The notes beneath the pieces are model-generated. The model made no database searches. It saw only the letters and a program-made list of their open reading frames with translations, and was not told where the DNA came from. Position numbers and translations under genes: made by a program. Of a stretch of 64,000 bases of DNA, positions 26,348 to 36,369 are shown piece by piece. The first letter of the stretch is position 1. The number at the start of each line of letters is the position of its first letter. Source of the stretch: Acidimicrobiales bacterium (GTDB lineage Bacteria > Actinomycetota > Acidimicrobiia > Acidimicrobiales > CAIXPF01); assembly GCA_020846295.1 (NCBI GenBank), contig JADLEF010000015.1:152-64151 (forward strand), in the 5' to 3' direction.

Positions 26348-26398
26348 GACCCGGCCGGGTGCGACGGCGGCGAGGGGGCGAAGCTACCCTCGACCGCC

Positions 26399-27061
26399 GT
26401 GTCGAAGCGCCTGAACATCCACAACCGGACCTACCAGACCGAGGCGTTCGCCGAGGACGACGGGCGCCTGCGCGTCGTCGGCCGGCTGACCGACGTCAAG
26501 CCGATCGGGCTCGGTCCGCAGGACGGCGAGCCTCTCGTCGTGCACGACATGACCCTCGAGCTGCTCATCGAGATCCCGAGCTTCGAGATCGTCGACATCA
26601 CCACCGAGATGCACACCCACCCCTACACCACGTGCACCGCCATCCTGCCGGACTACCGGGCGTTGGTCGGGATCTCGGTCGCCCGCGGGTTCACCCACGA
26701 GGTGCGGCGGCTCTTCGGCGGGCCCAACGGGTGCTCACACCTCACCGCGCTGCTCCAGGCCATGGGGCCGGTCTGCGTGCAGGCCAGTTGGGCGCTCATC
26801 ACCATCGACGAGCCGCTCGCGTCGCTCGCCTCCGGCGCATCGGCCAGCGAGGCCGAGCGGGAGCGCCGCCTGCGCATGAACACCAACACCTGCCACGTGT
26901 GGCGGGAGGACGGCGCCCACCTCAACGCGGTGCTGACGGGCGAGGGCGACGCCCGCCCCGACTGGATGCGGGAGCGCTTCGTGCAACTCGGCTACGAGCC
27001 CACGATCGCGCCGCCCATCCGCCGCGCCGCGGATCGGGCCGGGGCGGGCGACGGCGACTGA
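26399..27061 (+). CDS. DUF2889-family protein
   Basis: The 220-aa product has a HPYTTC...GPNGCSHLTALLQAMGP pattern characteristic of DUF2889. The start is GTG. Confidence 0.65.
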   Translation: MSKRLNIHNRTYQTEAFAEDDGRLRVVGRLTDVKPIGLGPQDGEPLVVHDMTLELLIEIPSFEIVDITTEMHTHPYTTCTAILPDYRALVGISVARGFTHEVRRLFGGPNGCSHLTALLQAMGPVCVQASWALITIDEPLASLASGASASEAERERRLRMNTNTCHVWREDGAHLNAVLTGEGDARPDWMRERFVQLGYEPTIAPPIRRAADRAGAGDGD

Positions 27062-27175
27062 CCGCCGGGCCGCGCCGGCGCATCTGGGGTGGGCGCTCGC
27101 TCCCCCGCGCCGCTGAGCCGCTCGGTAGGGTGCGGCGGGGGCGCGGACGGCTGCGCCACGGATCGAGGAGCATCG

Positions 27176-28009
27176 ATGTACGACGTGAACGGCAAGACGG
27201 CCGTGGTGACCGGAGCGGCGAGCGGCATGGGTCTGGCCATGGCCCACTCGTTCGCCAACGCCGGCATGTCCGTCGTCCTGGCCGACATCGAGGCGGCCCG
27301 GCTGCAGACCGCGGTCGACGGGCTGACCGCCGCCGGCCACCGCGCCATCGGCGTACCGACCGACGTGAGCAAGGAGGCGCAGATCCAGGCGCTGGCCGAG
27401 GCAGCGCTGGACACGTACGGCGCGGTGCACGTGGTGTGCAACAACGCCGGCATCGGCATCGGCGGCGCGGTGGACGAGATGTCCCTCGACGATTGGAAGT
27501 GGACGATCGACGTCGATCTCTGGAGCGTCATCTACGGCGTGCGCACGTTCCTGCCCCTGCTCAAGGCGCAGGGCGAGGGCCACATCACCGCCACGTCGTC
27601 GATGGCGGGCCTGGTCGCCGGGCCGGTGCTCGGCGCCTACCACGTGGCCAAGCACGGTGTGGTCGCGCTGATGGACACGGTGCGCATCGAGCTGAAGATG
27701 GCCAAGTCGGCGGTGAAGGCCAGCGTGCTGTGCCCGGGACCGATCGACACCGACATCACCCGCAGCGCCCGCAACCGGCCCGCGGAGCTGAGCGAGCACC
27801 AGAGCAGCGAGCTCGAGGAGAAGTTCTGGAACAACCTGTCGGCGGAGCTCGCCCGGGGCATGGACCCCGCCGAGGTCGGCGATCTCGTCCTCGACGCCAT
27901 CCGCCACGAGCGGTTCTGGATCCTCACCCACCCCAACGAGTTCATCCCGCTGGTCGAACGGCGGCTGGCCGCCATCAAGGCCGATCACGCCCACCGCATG
28001 CACAGCTAG
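27176..28009 (+). CDS. Short-chain dehydrogenase/reductase (SDR)
   Basis: GAGGAG precedes ATG 27176. TGAASGMG is the Rossmann motif, NNAG is present, and YHVAK is the catalytic YxxxK. Confidence 0.85.
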   Translation: MYDVNGKTAVVTGAASGMGLAMAHSFANAGMSVVLADIEAARLQTAVDGLTAAGHRAIGVPTDVSKEAQIQALAEAALDTYGAVHVVCNNAGIGIGGAVDEMSLDDWKWTIDVDLWSVIYGVRTFLPLLKAQGEGHITATSSMAGLVAGPVLGAYHVAKHGVVALMDTVRIELKMAKSAVKASVLCPGPIDTDITRSARNRPAELSEHQSSELEEKFWNNLSAELARGMDPAEVGDLVLDAIRHERFWILTHPNEFIPLVERRLAAIKADHAHRMHS

Positions 28010-28057
28010 GGTACGGCTGCGCCCCTGCCCTGACCGCGTCCCTCGGAAGGCTTCCCC

Positions 28058-29782
28058 ATGCACCAGCTCGTCATCCGCAACGCCCATCTGGTCGACGGCA
28101 CCGGTGCGCCGGCCCGCGACGCGGACATCGCCATCGACGAACACGGGCTGGTGGCCGAGATCGGCGCGGTCAGCGGCCGCGGCGCCGAGGAGATCGACGC
28201 CGCCGGCCGCCTGGTCACGCCGGGCTGGGTGGACGTGCACACGCACTACGACGGTCAGGCCACCTGGGATCCGGAGCTGTCGCCCTCGTCGTGGCACGGT
28301 GTGACCACCACCGTGTTCGGCAACTGCGGGGTCGGGTTCGCCCCGGCCAGGGCGTCACAGCGGGACTGGTTGATCCAGCTGATGGAAGGCGTCGAGGACA
28401 TCCCCGGCTCGGCCCTGGCCGAGGGCATCGACTGGCAGTGGGAGACCTTCCCCGAGTACCTCGACGCGTTGGCCCGCATGCCGCGGGTGATGGACATCGC
28501 CACCCAGGTGCCCCACGGCTCGGTGCGCGCCTACGTGATGGGCGAGCGCGGTGCCCGCAACGAGCCGGCCACCGTCGAGGACCTCGAGCAGATGGCCGCC
28601 ATCGTCACCGAGGGGATCCGGGCCGGGGCGCTCGGCTTCTCGTCCTCGCGGACCAAGCTGCACCTCGCGCTCGACGGCGAGCCGGTCCCGGGCACCTTCG
28701 CCGGCGCCGAGGAGATGATCGCCATGGGCCGCGCCGTGGCCGCCGCCGGTGGTGGCGTGGTCGAGGTGGCATCGGACATCGGGCTCGGCGGGCTGGAGGG
28801 TGACTTCGGCGCCGACATCGACTGGATGCGCACGCTGGCGGCCGACCACGGCCTGACCGTGACCTACGCCCTGACCCAGGCCGACCGCCATCCCGAGCAG
28901 TGGCGCGAGCTGTTGGAGCTGAGCTCGGCGCCGATCGACGGCCCCGGCCGGGTGCTGGCCCAGGTGGCCGGGCGGCCGGGCGGCCTGCTCCTCGGCTGGG
29001 AGACGTCGCTGAACCCGTTCAAGATGCACCCCACGTACGTGCGGCTGTCGGCGCTGCCGGTGGAGCGCCGTCTGGCCGAGCTGTGCCGGCCCGAGGTGAA
29101 AGCGGCCATCCTGTCCGAACAGACCGGCTTCACCGGGCGGTTCAACCACGACGTGGCCCACGGGTTCCACAAGATGTACCCCCTCGGTGAGAACCCCGAC
29201 TACGAACCGGACGCGGCGCACTGCATCGAGGCGTTGGCCGCCGCGGCGGGCGTCGACCCGTACGAGTACTGCTACGACGTGCTGTGCGCCAACGGCGGCA
29301 AGGGCCTGATCTACTTCCCGCTCACCGACTATTCGCAGCGATCGCACAACCCGACCTACGAGCGGCTCAACCACCACGGCGCCTTCCTCAGCCTGAGCGA
29401 CGGCGGCGCCCACTGCCGGCTCATCTGCGATGCCTCCACGCCCACGTACCTGCTGACGCACTGGACCCGCGATCGTGCCCGCGGTCCGAAGCTGCGCCTC
29501 GAGGACGCGGTCAAGCTGCAGACCCACGACACGGCGGCCGTGTACGGCCTGGGCGACCGGGGCACGCTGGCGGTGGGCAAGAAGGGCGATCTCAACGTCA
29601 TCGACTACGACGCGCTGCGCCTCGACGCGCCCCGCATGGTCTACGACCTGCCGACCGGCGCGCCCCGCCTGCTGCAGGGGGTGCACGGCTACGTGGCGAC
29701 GGTCGTGTCCGGTCAGGTGACCTGGCGCGACGGCGAGCCCACCGGCGCCCGGCCCGGCGTGCTGCTGCGCGGCCGCCGCTGA
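28058..29782 (+). CDS. N-acyl-D-amino-acid deacylase (D-aminoacylase) family amidohydrolase
   Basis: IRNAHLVDGTGAP...TPGWVDVHTHYD is the N-terminal metal-site pattern. The length of 574 aa fits the family. Confidence 0.8.
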   Translation: MHQLVIRNAHLVDGTGAPARDADIAIDEHGLVAEIGAVSGRGAEEIDAAGRLVTPGWVDVHTHYDGQATWDPELSPSSWHGVTTTVFGNCGVGFAPARASQRDWLIQLMEGVEDIPGSALAEGIDWQWETFPEYLDALARMPRVMDIATQVPHGSVRAYVMGERGARNEPATVEDLEQMAAIVTEGIRAGALGFSSSRTKLHLALDGEPVPGTFAGAEEMIAMGRAVAAAGGGVVEVASDIGLGGLEGDFGADIDWMRTLAADHGLTVTYALTQADRHPEQWRELLELSSAPIDGPGRVLAQVAGRPGGLLLGWETSLNPFKMHPTYVRLSALPVERRLAELCRPEVKAAILSEQTGFTGRFNHDVAHGFHKMYPLGENPDYEPDAAHCIEALAAAAGVDPYEYCYDVLCANGGKGLIYFPLTDYSQRSHNPTYERLNHHGAFLSLSDGGAHCRLICDASTPTYLLTHWTRDRARGPKLRLEDAVKLQTHDTAAVYGLGDRGTLAVGKKGDLNVIDYDALRLDAPRMVYDLPTGAPRLLQGVHGYVATVVSGQVTWRDGEPTGARPGVLLRGRR

Positions 29783-29844
29783 CGGCTGAGCCTGCGGTGG
29801 GACGCCTCGGGGCGCGCCGCCGCAGGCATCGCTAGCATCGCGCC

Positions 29845-30822
29845 ATGCAGGACATGAGCATCGAGCGGATCGAGGGCAAGGCGTTCGGGGCGACGGTCAC
29901 CGGCGTGGAGCTGCGCAACCTCGGCGACGACGAGTTCGCCGCGATCCACGCCGCCTTCCTCGAGCACGGGTTCCTGCTGTTCCCGGGTCAGCACCTCAAC
30001 GAGCAGGAGAGCGCGGACTTCGGGCGACGGTGGGGTGAGCTCGAGTTCGGCGGCCAGGCGCTGGCCAACCAGCGCAAGCACAAGGACGGCACCTACGGCG
30101 AGATCTTCGACATCGACTCGCAGCTGATGCGCACCAACCTCGGCAACGAGGCGTGGCACACCGACTCGACCTACAAGCCGTACAGCAGCAAGTGCGCCAT
30201 GCTGTCCGCCGTCATCGTCCCGGACGAGGGCGGCCAGACCGAGCTCGCCGACATGCGCTCCGCCTACGCCGAACTGGACGAGGCCACCAAGGATCGCATC
30301 GCGGACCTGAGCGCCTACCACTCGACGAACTACTCGCAGGCCAACGATCTCGGTGATTTCCCGCAGTCCAACGGCGAGGGCGCCTACGGGACGGTGTACC
30401 ACGGCGAGGCCTACCTGCGTCCGCTGGTGAAGATCCACCCCGAGACCGGCATCCCGAGCCTGTTCGTCGGCCGCCACGCCTTCGGCATCCCCGGCCTGCC
30501 CCGCGAGGAGAGCCGGGCGCTCTTGCGGTCGCTGATGGAGTTCGTGGTGGCCGACGAGCGTCGCGTCTACCGCCACGACTGGACCCCCGGGGACACGCTG
30601 TTCTGGGACAACCGCTTCGTGCTGCACCGCGCCCGGCCCTACGACTACAGCAAGCCCCGGTACCTCATCGGAACCCGGGTGGCGGGCGACGCCTCGGAGC
30701 TGGCCTACCTCCCCGACGACCCCCGAGCCGAGGCCGGCCGGCAGGCGCTGGCCGCCGAGCTGGCCATCCTGCGCACCGAGGCCGCCGACCGCCGCTACGG
30801 CGCGACGACCGCCGCCCGCTGA
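29845..30822 (+). CDS. TauD/TfdA-family Fe(II)/2-oxoglutarate dioxygenase
   Basis: WHTDSTY (HxD), the downstream His region and WDNRFVLHRA are family motifs. Confidence 0.8.
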   Translation: MQDMSIERIEGKAFGATVTGVELRNLGDDEFAAIHAAFLEHGFLLFPGQHLNEQESADFGRRWGELEFGGQALANQRKHKDGTYGEIFDIDSQLMRTNLGNEAWHTDSTYKPYSSKCAMLSAVIVPDEGGQTELADMRSAYAELDEATKDRIADLSAYHSTNYSQANDLGDFPQSNGEGAYGTVYHGEAYLRPLVKIHPETGIPSLFVGRHAFGIPGLPREESRALLRSLMEFVVADERRVYRHDWTPGDTLFWDNRFVLHRARPYDYSKPRYLIGTRVAGDASELAYLPDDPRAEAGRQALAAELAILRTEAADRRYGATTAAR

Positions 30823-30834
30823 TCGGGCGCGCAC

Positions 30835-30868
30835 CCGGTCGGGCGCGGGGCACCGTCCGCCCGACCGG
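30835..30868 (+). terminator. Hairpin after the TauD gene (11-bp stem, 12-nt loop)
   Basis: CCGGTCGGGCG...CGCCCGACCGG. There is no U-tract. Confidence 0.4.
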
Positions 30869-30944
30869 CGGTGACGCCGGACGATCAACCCCTGCCGCGA
30901 TTGCGCCGATACAGGTGCATCCATCGTGAAGGGAAGCCCGCTCG

Positions 30945-32561
30945 GTGTCGCTGCGTCTGAAGATCTTCTGCCTGTTCCTTGTGCTCACCGTGGCCTGTGT
31001 GGCGGGTATGAACTGGTTCGTCAACGCGCGGGTGGAGACCGGGTTCCGGGCGGTCGAGGTCGAGCTCGGTCACGAGCAGATCACCCGTTTGCGGGAGGCG
31101 GTGAGCGCTGAGCAGCGCACCCTGGCCCGCCTCACCCGCATCGACGCGGTGTGGAGCGAACCGTACCGGCTCCTCCAAGCCGGAGACGCCGAGGCGATCG
31201 CGGCGACCTATCCCCCCGCCGACCTCCTCAACAACTACGACATCAGCGAGATCATCGTCGTCGACGCCGACGGGGCGTTCTTCGCCGGGGGGCGCACGGC
31301 GAACACCGACCGCTTCGACCCGGCGACCAGCAGCGTCGCCCAGAACGCCCCGGCGTTCGTGGGCGCCGACGACGGCAGCACCTGCGGGCTGTGGCAGCTC
31401 GACACGGCATCGCTGTTCTGCACCCATCCGGTGCTGCGCACCGACGGCACCGGCACCCCGGCGGGATGGCTGACCTTCTTCCAACCGGTGGACGACGAGC
31501 TCCTGGCGCGGCTGTCGGCCCAGCTGCAGCTGCCCCTGCGCCTCGCCGGGGATGTTGAGGACGCGCCGGGCGGGGATGTACTGGCCATCGACGACACCAC
31601 CATGCGGCTGTCGGCCGCGTTCGAGCTGCAGGGAGGCGGCGCGCCGTTGCGTCTGTCCGCCGATGTCCCGAGGCCGGTGACCCGGCAGGCGGCGCAGACG
31701 GAGCGGGACCTCCTCATCGCGGTGCTGGCCTGCGTCGGCCTGTTCGCCACGGCCACCGCAGCGCTGGCGGAGACGCTCGTGCTGCGCCGCATCGTCAGCG
31801 TGACCCGCCTCGCCACCGACGTCCGGCGTACCGGCGACCTCGGCCTTCGGGCGCCCACCCACGGCTCGGACGAGCTGGCCGCCCTCACCGGCTCGGTGAA
31901 CGACATGCTCACCGCGCTCGAGCAGCAGCGGGCGGACCTGTTGCGCGCCTCGGCGAGCAGGGCGGCCGCCGAGGCGAACCTGGAGGAGGCGCGCGAAGCC
32001 GTCGCGGCGTCCGGACTGGGCGTCATCCGCCAGCTCGATCTCGTCGCCGGCGGGGCGCACGAGCTGCGCGCCGGCAGCGAGACGGTCCGCAACTCGGCGC
32101 ACACCGCCTCGGTGCTCATCGCCGACGCCCGGTCGGCGGTGCAGCGCACCGAGGCGTTGGTGGCAGAGCTCGGCGCGTCGACCGAGACCATCCAGGAGGT
32201 GGCCACCGTCATCGCCTCCGTCGCCCAGAAGACCAACCTGCTCGCCCTCAACGCCACCATCGAGGCGGCCCGCGCCGGCGACGCCGGGCGTGGTTTCGCG
32301 GTGGTCGCAGGAGAGGTCAAGGAACTCGCCCTCAAGACCTCGGAATCCACCCTGAGCATCGAGCAGGACGTCGACGCCATGCAAGCCGGTATGCGCGCCA
32401 TCGAGGAGTCGATCGCCCGCATCGCCGCCCTCACCGATGACCTCAACCACGCTGCCGTCGACATCGCCGACGCCACCGCCCGCCAGGGCGATGTCACCGA
32501 CCACGTCACCGGCGTGCTCGACAGCTCCCGAGCCAGCATCCTCGAGCTGCTCGAACGCTGA
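30945..32561 (+). CDS. Methyl-accepting chemotaxis protein-like sensor (N-terminal TM + periplasmic-type sensor, HAMP, MCP signalling domain)
   Basis: [35 protein letters not shown] is the conserved MCP hairpin tip. The N-terminus has a TM helix ([16 protein letters not shown]). The start is GTG. Confidence 0.8.
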   Translation: MSLRLKIFCLFLVLTVACVAGMNWFVNARVETGFRAVEVELGHEQITRLREAVSAEQRTLARLTRIDAVWSEPYRLLQAGDAEAIAATYPPADLLNNYDISEIIVVDADGAFFAGGRTANTDRFDPATSSVAQNAPAFVGADDGSTCGLWQLDTASLFCTHPVLRTDGTGTPAGWLTFFQPVDDELLARLSAQLQLPLRLAGDVEDAPGGDVLAIDDTTMRLSAAFELQGGGAPLRLSADVPRPVTRQAAQTERDLLIAVLACVGLFATATAALAETLVLRRIVSVTRLATDVRRTGDLGLRAPTHGSDELAALTGSVNDMLTALEQQRADLLRASASRAAAEANLEEAREAVAASGLGVIRQLDLVAGGAHELRAGSETVRNSAHTASVLIADARSAVQRTEALVAELGASTETIQEVATVIASVAQKTNLLALNATIEAARAGDAGRGFAVVAGEVKELALKTSESTLSIEQDVDAMQAGMRAIEESIARIAALTDDLNHAAVDIADATARQGDVTDHVTGVLDSSRASILELLER

Positions 32562-32690
32562 GCGCGGAGCCGGGGATCCGGCCGCTCGGACAACGGGCGT
32601 GTCGGTCCGGCGCCCAGCCATCTCACGGCGGCGGTGTCCGCCATGATACCGGCCGATCCTGAACCACCGCCTGGGCGGCTGGACGGCCGG

Positions 32691-33578
32691 TCAGCGCACG
32701 CCGAGCAGCGTCGGGAGCAATGCCTGGGCGACCTCGGCCGGACGCTCCTCATGGCAGAACAGGCCGGCGCCGGCCACGACGTGCAACAGGGCATCGGGGA
32801 ACGTCGCGACCATCTCCTTCGCCCACGTCAGCGGGAAGAACTGGTCCTGCTCTCCCCAGACGAGCTGGACGGGCACGGTGATGCGACGGTGGAGCTCGGC
32901 GAGGTCGCGGACGTGCTGGGGGTCGAAGCTGCGCAGGAGCCGGGCTGCGGCGTCGCGACGGGCTGGCTCGTCGTGGAGCGGCCTGAGGAAGAACTCGTCG
33001 AACTCGCCGTCGAGCAGCGACCGGTCTGCGAACGCGCCACCGAACACGAACCGGTTGCGCCGCAGTCGCCGATGGGCGGCCAACCAGCCGAGCGATGCGC
33101 TCAGCCCCGGGGCTCGCCGGACCGAGACGAACAGCTTGAAGCGCCGGCTCATCCCCTGTGGCTGCTCGGTGTCGATCAGGCCCATGGCGGTCAGGCGCGG
33201 GTCACCGGCGACCGCGTGTCGAGCGATCATGCCACCGCTGTCGTGCCCGACGACTGCGAACCGCTCCAAGCCCAGCAGCTCCGGCACCCGTCGCACGGCG
33301 GCGATGTGCCCGTCGATCGTCAGCTCGGTCCCGCTGGTGAAGCGGCTCGATCCTGCGCCGGGCAGGTCGATCAGATGACAGGTGACGTGATCGACCAGGT
33401 GGGGCAGCAACGTCCGGAAGGTGGCCGAGCTGACCGGCCACCCATGGACGAACAGCACGTCGGGCCCGCGGCCGACCGTTCGGTAGGCGAGCTGCCCCGC
33501 GCCGGACCCGAGATCGAGGAACCGGTCCGGGGAACGCCGGAACAACTCGGCTGCTGCGGCCTCCGTCATCGTCGACAT
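32691..33578 (-). CDS. Alpha/beta-fold hydrolase
   Basis: DVLFVHGWP and the GHDSGG nucleophile elbow are present. The product is 295 aa. Confidence 0.8.
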   Translation of the reverse strand: MSTMTEAAAAELFRRSPDRFLDLGSGAGQLAYRTVGRGPDVLFVHGWPVSSATFRTLLPHLVDHVTCHLIDLPGAGSSRFTSGTELTIDGHIAAVRRVPELLGLERFAVVGHDSGGMIARHAVAGDPRLTAMGLIDTEQPQGMSRRFKLFVSVRRAPGLSASLGWLAAHRRLRRNRFVFGGAFADRSLLDGEFDEFFLRPLHDEPARRDAAARLLRSFDPQHVRDLAELHRRITVPVQLVWGEQDQFFPLTWAKEMVATFPDALLHVVAGAGLFCHEERPAEVAQALLPTLLGVR

Positions 33579-33677
33579 GCCGGCGTCCTCATGTGGGCTT
33601 CCTCATACGGACTTCCTCCGAGTTTGTAGTGACCACTGCGAAACGCTAATCGCGGCGATCACTACGATCAAGGCCCG

Positions 33678-34211
33678 GTGGGTCACAAGCACACGAAGAG
33701 CGAGATCCTGGCGGGCGCGTTGGCCAGTGCGTTCGACGGCGGGTTGAGCCAGCTCACCTACGGACGGGTGGCCAAGCGGCTCGGCGTGCACGACCGCATC
33801 GTCGTGTACTACTTCCCGTCGAAGGAAGACCTCGTCGGCGAGGTCCTGCTGGCGCTGGGCGCCCAGCTCCAACAGACGCTCGCCGCCGCTTTTCGGTCGC
33901 CTGCAGCGGACCACCTTGCGCTGCTCCGCGCCGCCTGGCCGGTCCTTGCCCATCCGGACGCCGATGCGGTCTTCGCACTGTTCTTCGAGGCGATGGGCCT
34001 CGCCGCCGCCGGCCGTGACCCGTACCGGGAGCTCGTCCCGCTCCTCGTCGAGGCGTGGATCGGCTGGGTGGCCGAGTTCATCGACGGCCCCGCCGATCGG
34101 CGTCGGACCGAGGCCGAAACGGCCATCGCCGTGGTCGACGGGCTGTTGTTGCTGCGCCAACTCGCGGGGCCCGAGGCAGCGGAGCGCGCCGCCCGCACGC
34201 TCGACGCCTGA
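33678..34211 (+). CDS. TetR-family transcriptional regulator
   Basis: The N-terminal HTH is LTYGRVAKRLGVHDRIVVYYFPSKEDL. It is divergent from the hydrolase. Confidence 0.8.
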   Translation: MGHKHTKSEILAGALASAFDGGLSQLTYGRVAKRLGVHDRIVVYYFPSKEDLVGEVLLALGAQLQQTLAAAFRSPAADHLALLRAAWPVLAHPDADAVFALFFEAMGLAAAGRDPYRELVPLLVEAWIGWVAEFIDGPADRRRTEAETAIAVVDGLLLLRQLAGPEAAERAARTLDA

Positions 34212-34276
34212 GGCACGATCGCGGCCCCGGCCGGCTGCGGGAGTGCTAGGCAATGGGGTGACGGAAAGGACTGCTG

Positions 34277-34696
34277 ATGGCCAAACAGGTCCCGCTGGTG
34301 GACTACCTCCAGCTCGGCGAACAGCCCCACCTCACGGCACACCGCTGCGTCGACTGCGGGGCCCGCTACTTCGACCGCCGCAACGCCTGCGCGTCGTGCT
34401 TCGGTGACCGCTTCGTCGAGGAGACGGTGGCGACCGAGGGCGAGGTGCGGGCGTTCACCATCGTCACCTTCGCCGCCCCCGGGGTGCCGGTGCCGTTCGT
34501 GGCCGCGGTGATCGACTGCGGCGGGGTGAGCGTGCGGGCCAACCTCGTCCACGTCGAGCCCGACGCCGACCACGTGCACCTCGGCATGAAGGTGCGCCTG
34601 GTGACCTTCCCGATCGGCACCGACGACGATGGCGTCGAGGCCATCGCTTTCGGCTTCGAACCCCTCGTTCCCGCTGCGACCGCTGGAGGTGCCTGA
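34277..34696 (+). CDS. DUF35 Zn-ribbon/OB-fold protein (thiolase-associated)
   Basis: CVDCGARYFDRRNACASC is the zinc ribbon, followed by OB-fold-like sequence. The gene is immediately followed by the thiolase. Confidence 0.8.
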   Translation: MAKQVPLVDYLQLGEQPHLTAHRCVDCGARYFDRRNACASCFGDRFVEETVATEGEVRAFTIVTFAAPGVPVPFVAAVIDCGGVSVRANLVHVEPDADHVHLGMKVRLVTFPIGTDDDGVEAIAFGFEPLVPAATAGGA

Positions 34697-34697
34697 C

Positions 34698-35903
34698 ATG
34701 GCAAACGACGACATCTGGATCCTCGGCATCAACATGACCAAGTTCGGCAAGCACAAGGACTTGGACACGGTGGACCTCGCCGCCCAGGCGGCGCGGGCCG
34801 CCCTCGCCGATGGCGGCGTCACCATGAACGACATCGGGGTCATCGCGGCCGGCAACCTGATGGGCGGCGGCGGCATCGGCCAGCAACTGCAGAAGCAGAT
34901 CGGCCAGACCGGCGTCCCCGTCTACAACGTGAGCAACGCATGCGCCACCGGCGCCACCGCCCTGCGCACCGCCATCATGGCCATCAAGGCCGGCGAGACC
35001 GAGATGGGCCTCGCCGTCGGTGTGGAGAAGCTGGCCGGCGCCGGCCTGCTCGGCGGCGGCGGCAAGGCCAAGTCCGACAAGAAGACGTGGGAGCCGTCCG
35101 GCCGCTACGGGGCCGTCGCCTCCATCGACGGACGCATCGGCACCAACGCCATGCCCGGCATCTTCGCCCAGGTCGGCATGGAGTACGGCCACCGCTACGG
35201 CGGCACCAGCTTCGAGCTGTTCGCCCGCATCGCGGAGAAGAACCACTCGCACTCCACGTTGAACCCGCTCGCTGCGTACACCAAACGGATGACGCTCGAG
35301 GAGATCATGAACGACGTCATGATCGCCTACCCCAACACCCGCTCGATGTGCTCGGCCAACTGCGACGGCGCCGCCGCGGCGGTGGTCACCACCGGCGCCA
35401 AGCTGAAGACCCTGTCCAAGGAGCAGCAGCGCCGTGCGGTGAAGGTGGCGGCCTCGGTGCTGACCACCGACCCGTGGCAGGAGGCCTGCCAGGTCCTGCC
35501 GGACGTGAACACGTTGACCCGCAACGCCGCCAAGCAGGCGTACGAGCAGGCCGGCGTGGGGCCGGACGAGCTGGATCTGGTGGAGCTGCACGACTGCTTC
35601 GCCACCGCCGAGCTGGTCCACTACGACAACCTCATGCTGTGCGAGGAGGGCGGCGCGGTCGACTTCTTCAACTCGGGTGCGACCTGGCGCGACGGTCGCA
35701 TGCCGGTCAACGTGTCGGGCGGCCTGCAGTCCAAGGGACACCCGATCGCAGCCACCGGCATCGCCAACGTGTGGGAGATCTGCCACCACCTCCGCGGTGA
35801 GGCGGGCGATCGCCAGATCGAAGGGGCGAAGGTCGGCCTGGCCCACGTCATCGGCCTCGGTTCCGCCTGCGGCGTGCACATCCTGGAGCGATCCGGTCTG
35901 TGA
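34698..35903 (+). CDS. Thiolase-fold protein, SCP-x/lipid-transfer (non-acetoacetyl) type
   Basis: ATG lies 1 nt after the DUF35 stop. NVSNACATGATAL holds the active-site Cys, and the C-terminus has GHPIAATG. The DUF35 + thiolase pairing is well established. Confidence 0.85.
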   Translation: MANDDIWILGINMTKFGKHKDLDTVDLAAQAARAALADGGVTMNDIGVIAAGNLMGGGGIGQQLQKQIGQTGVPVYNVSNACATGATALRTAIMAIKAGETEMGLAVGVEKLAGAGLLGGGGKAKSDKKTWEPSGRYGAVASIDGRIGTNAMPGIFAQVGMEYGHRYGGTSFELFARIAEKNHSHSTLNPLAAYTKRMTLEEIMNDVMIAYPNTRSMCSANCDGAAAAVVTTGAKLKTLSKEQQRRAVKVAASVLTTDPWQEACQVLPDVNTLTRNAAKQAYEQAGVGPDELDLVELHDCFATAELVHYDNLMLCEEGGAVDFFNSGATWRDGRMPVNVSGGLQSKGHPIAATGIANVWEICHHLRGEAGDRQIEGAKVGLAHVIGLGSACGVHILERSGL

Positions 35904-35905
35904 CC

Positions 35906-35940
35906 GACGGCGGGGTCGGGCGTCGCCCGACCCCGCCGTC
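35906..35940 (+). terminator. Strong GC-rich hairpin starting 3 nt after the thiolase stop
   Basis: GACGGCGGGGTCGGGCG-t-CGCCCGACCCCGCCGTC has 17-nt perfectly complementary arms. There is no U-tract. Confidence 0.6.
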
Positions 35941-36068
35941 ACCGGCACTGCGGCCACCCGCAAGAGGCGTTCCGCGGTGCCGCTGCGTGCCGGACGACCC
36001 TGGGGAAAGGGCCGATCGGGCGCCGTTGGCCGTCGAGCGCGCCGGGCCCGGGTGCCTACGCTACGGCC

Positions 36069-36308
36069 ATGAAAGAGGCCATGACCTTGGATGAGCTCCG
36101 CAAGGGGCTCGACGAGCTCGATCTCGAGAACACCCTCAGCGCCCACGACGTCGACGCGGACCAGATCCGTGGTGCCCTCGACCTCGGTGACATCGACGCG
36201 GCGAAGGCAGCCATCAAGGAGGTCCTCGGCGCGCTGCAGGCGATCTCCTTCGGCGGCTTCCCTGTCGGCGAGGAGATCGACCTCGCCGATCTCGTCGGTT
36301 TCGACTGA
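36069..36308 (+). CDS. Small (about 79-aa) highly acidic hypothetical protein
   Basis: The product has non-repetitive, helix-like sequence (MKEAMTLDELRKGLDELDLEN...AAKAAIKEVLGALQ) and GC3-rich codons. The start may be 36069 or 36081. Confidence 0.45.
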   Translation: MKEAMTLDELRKGLDELDLENTLSAHDVDADQIRGALDLGDIDAAKAAIKEVLGALQAISFGGFPVGEEIDLADLVGFD

Positions 36309-36369
36309 GCCGGCGCCCGACCCCCGGCCGACCGGTGACGCCCGACCGAACTGCTGACCATACCGTACG

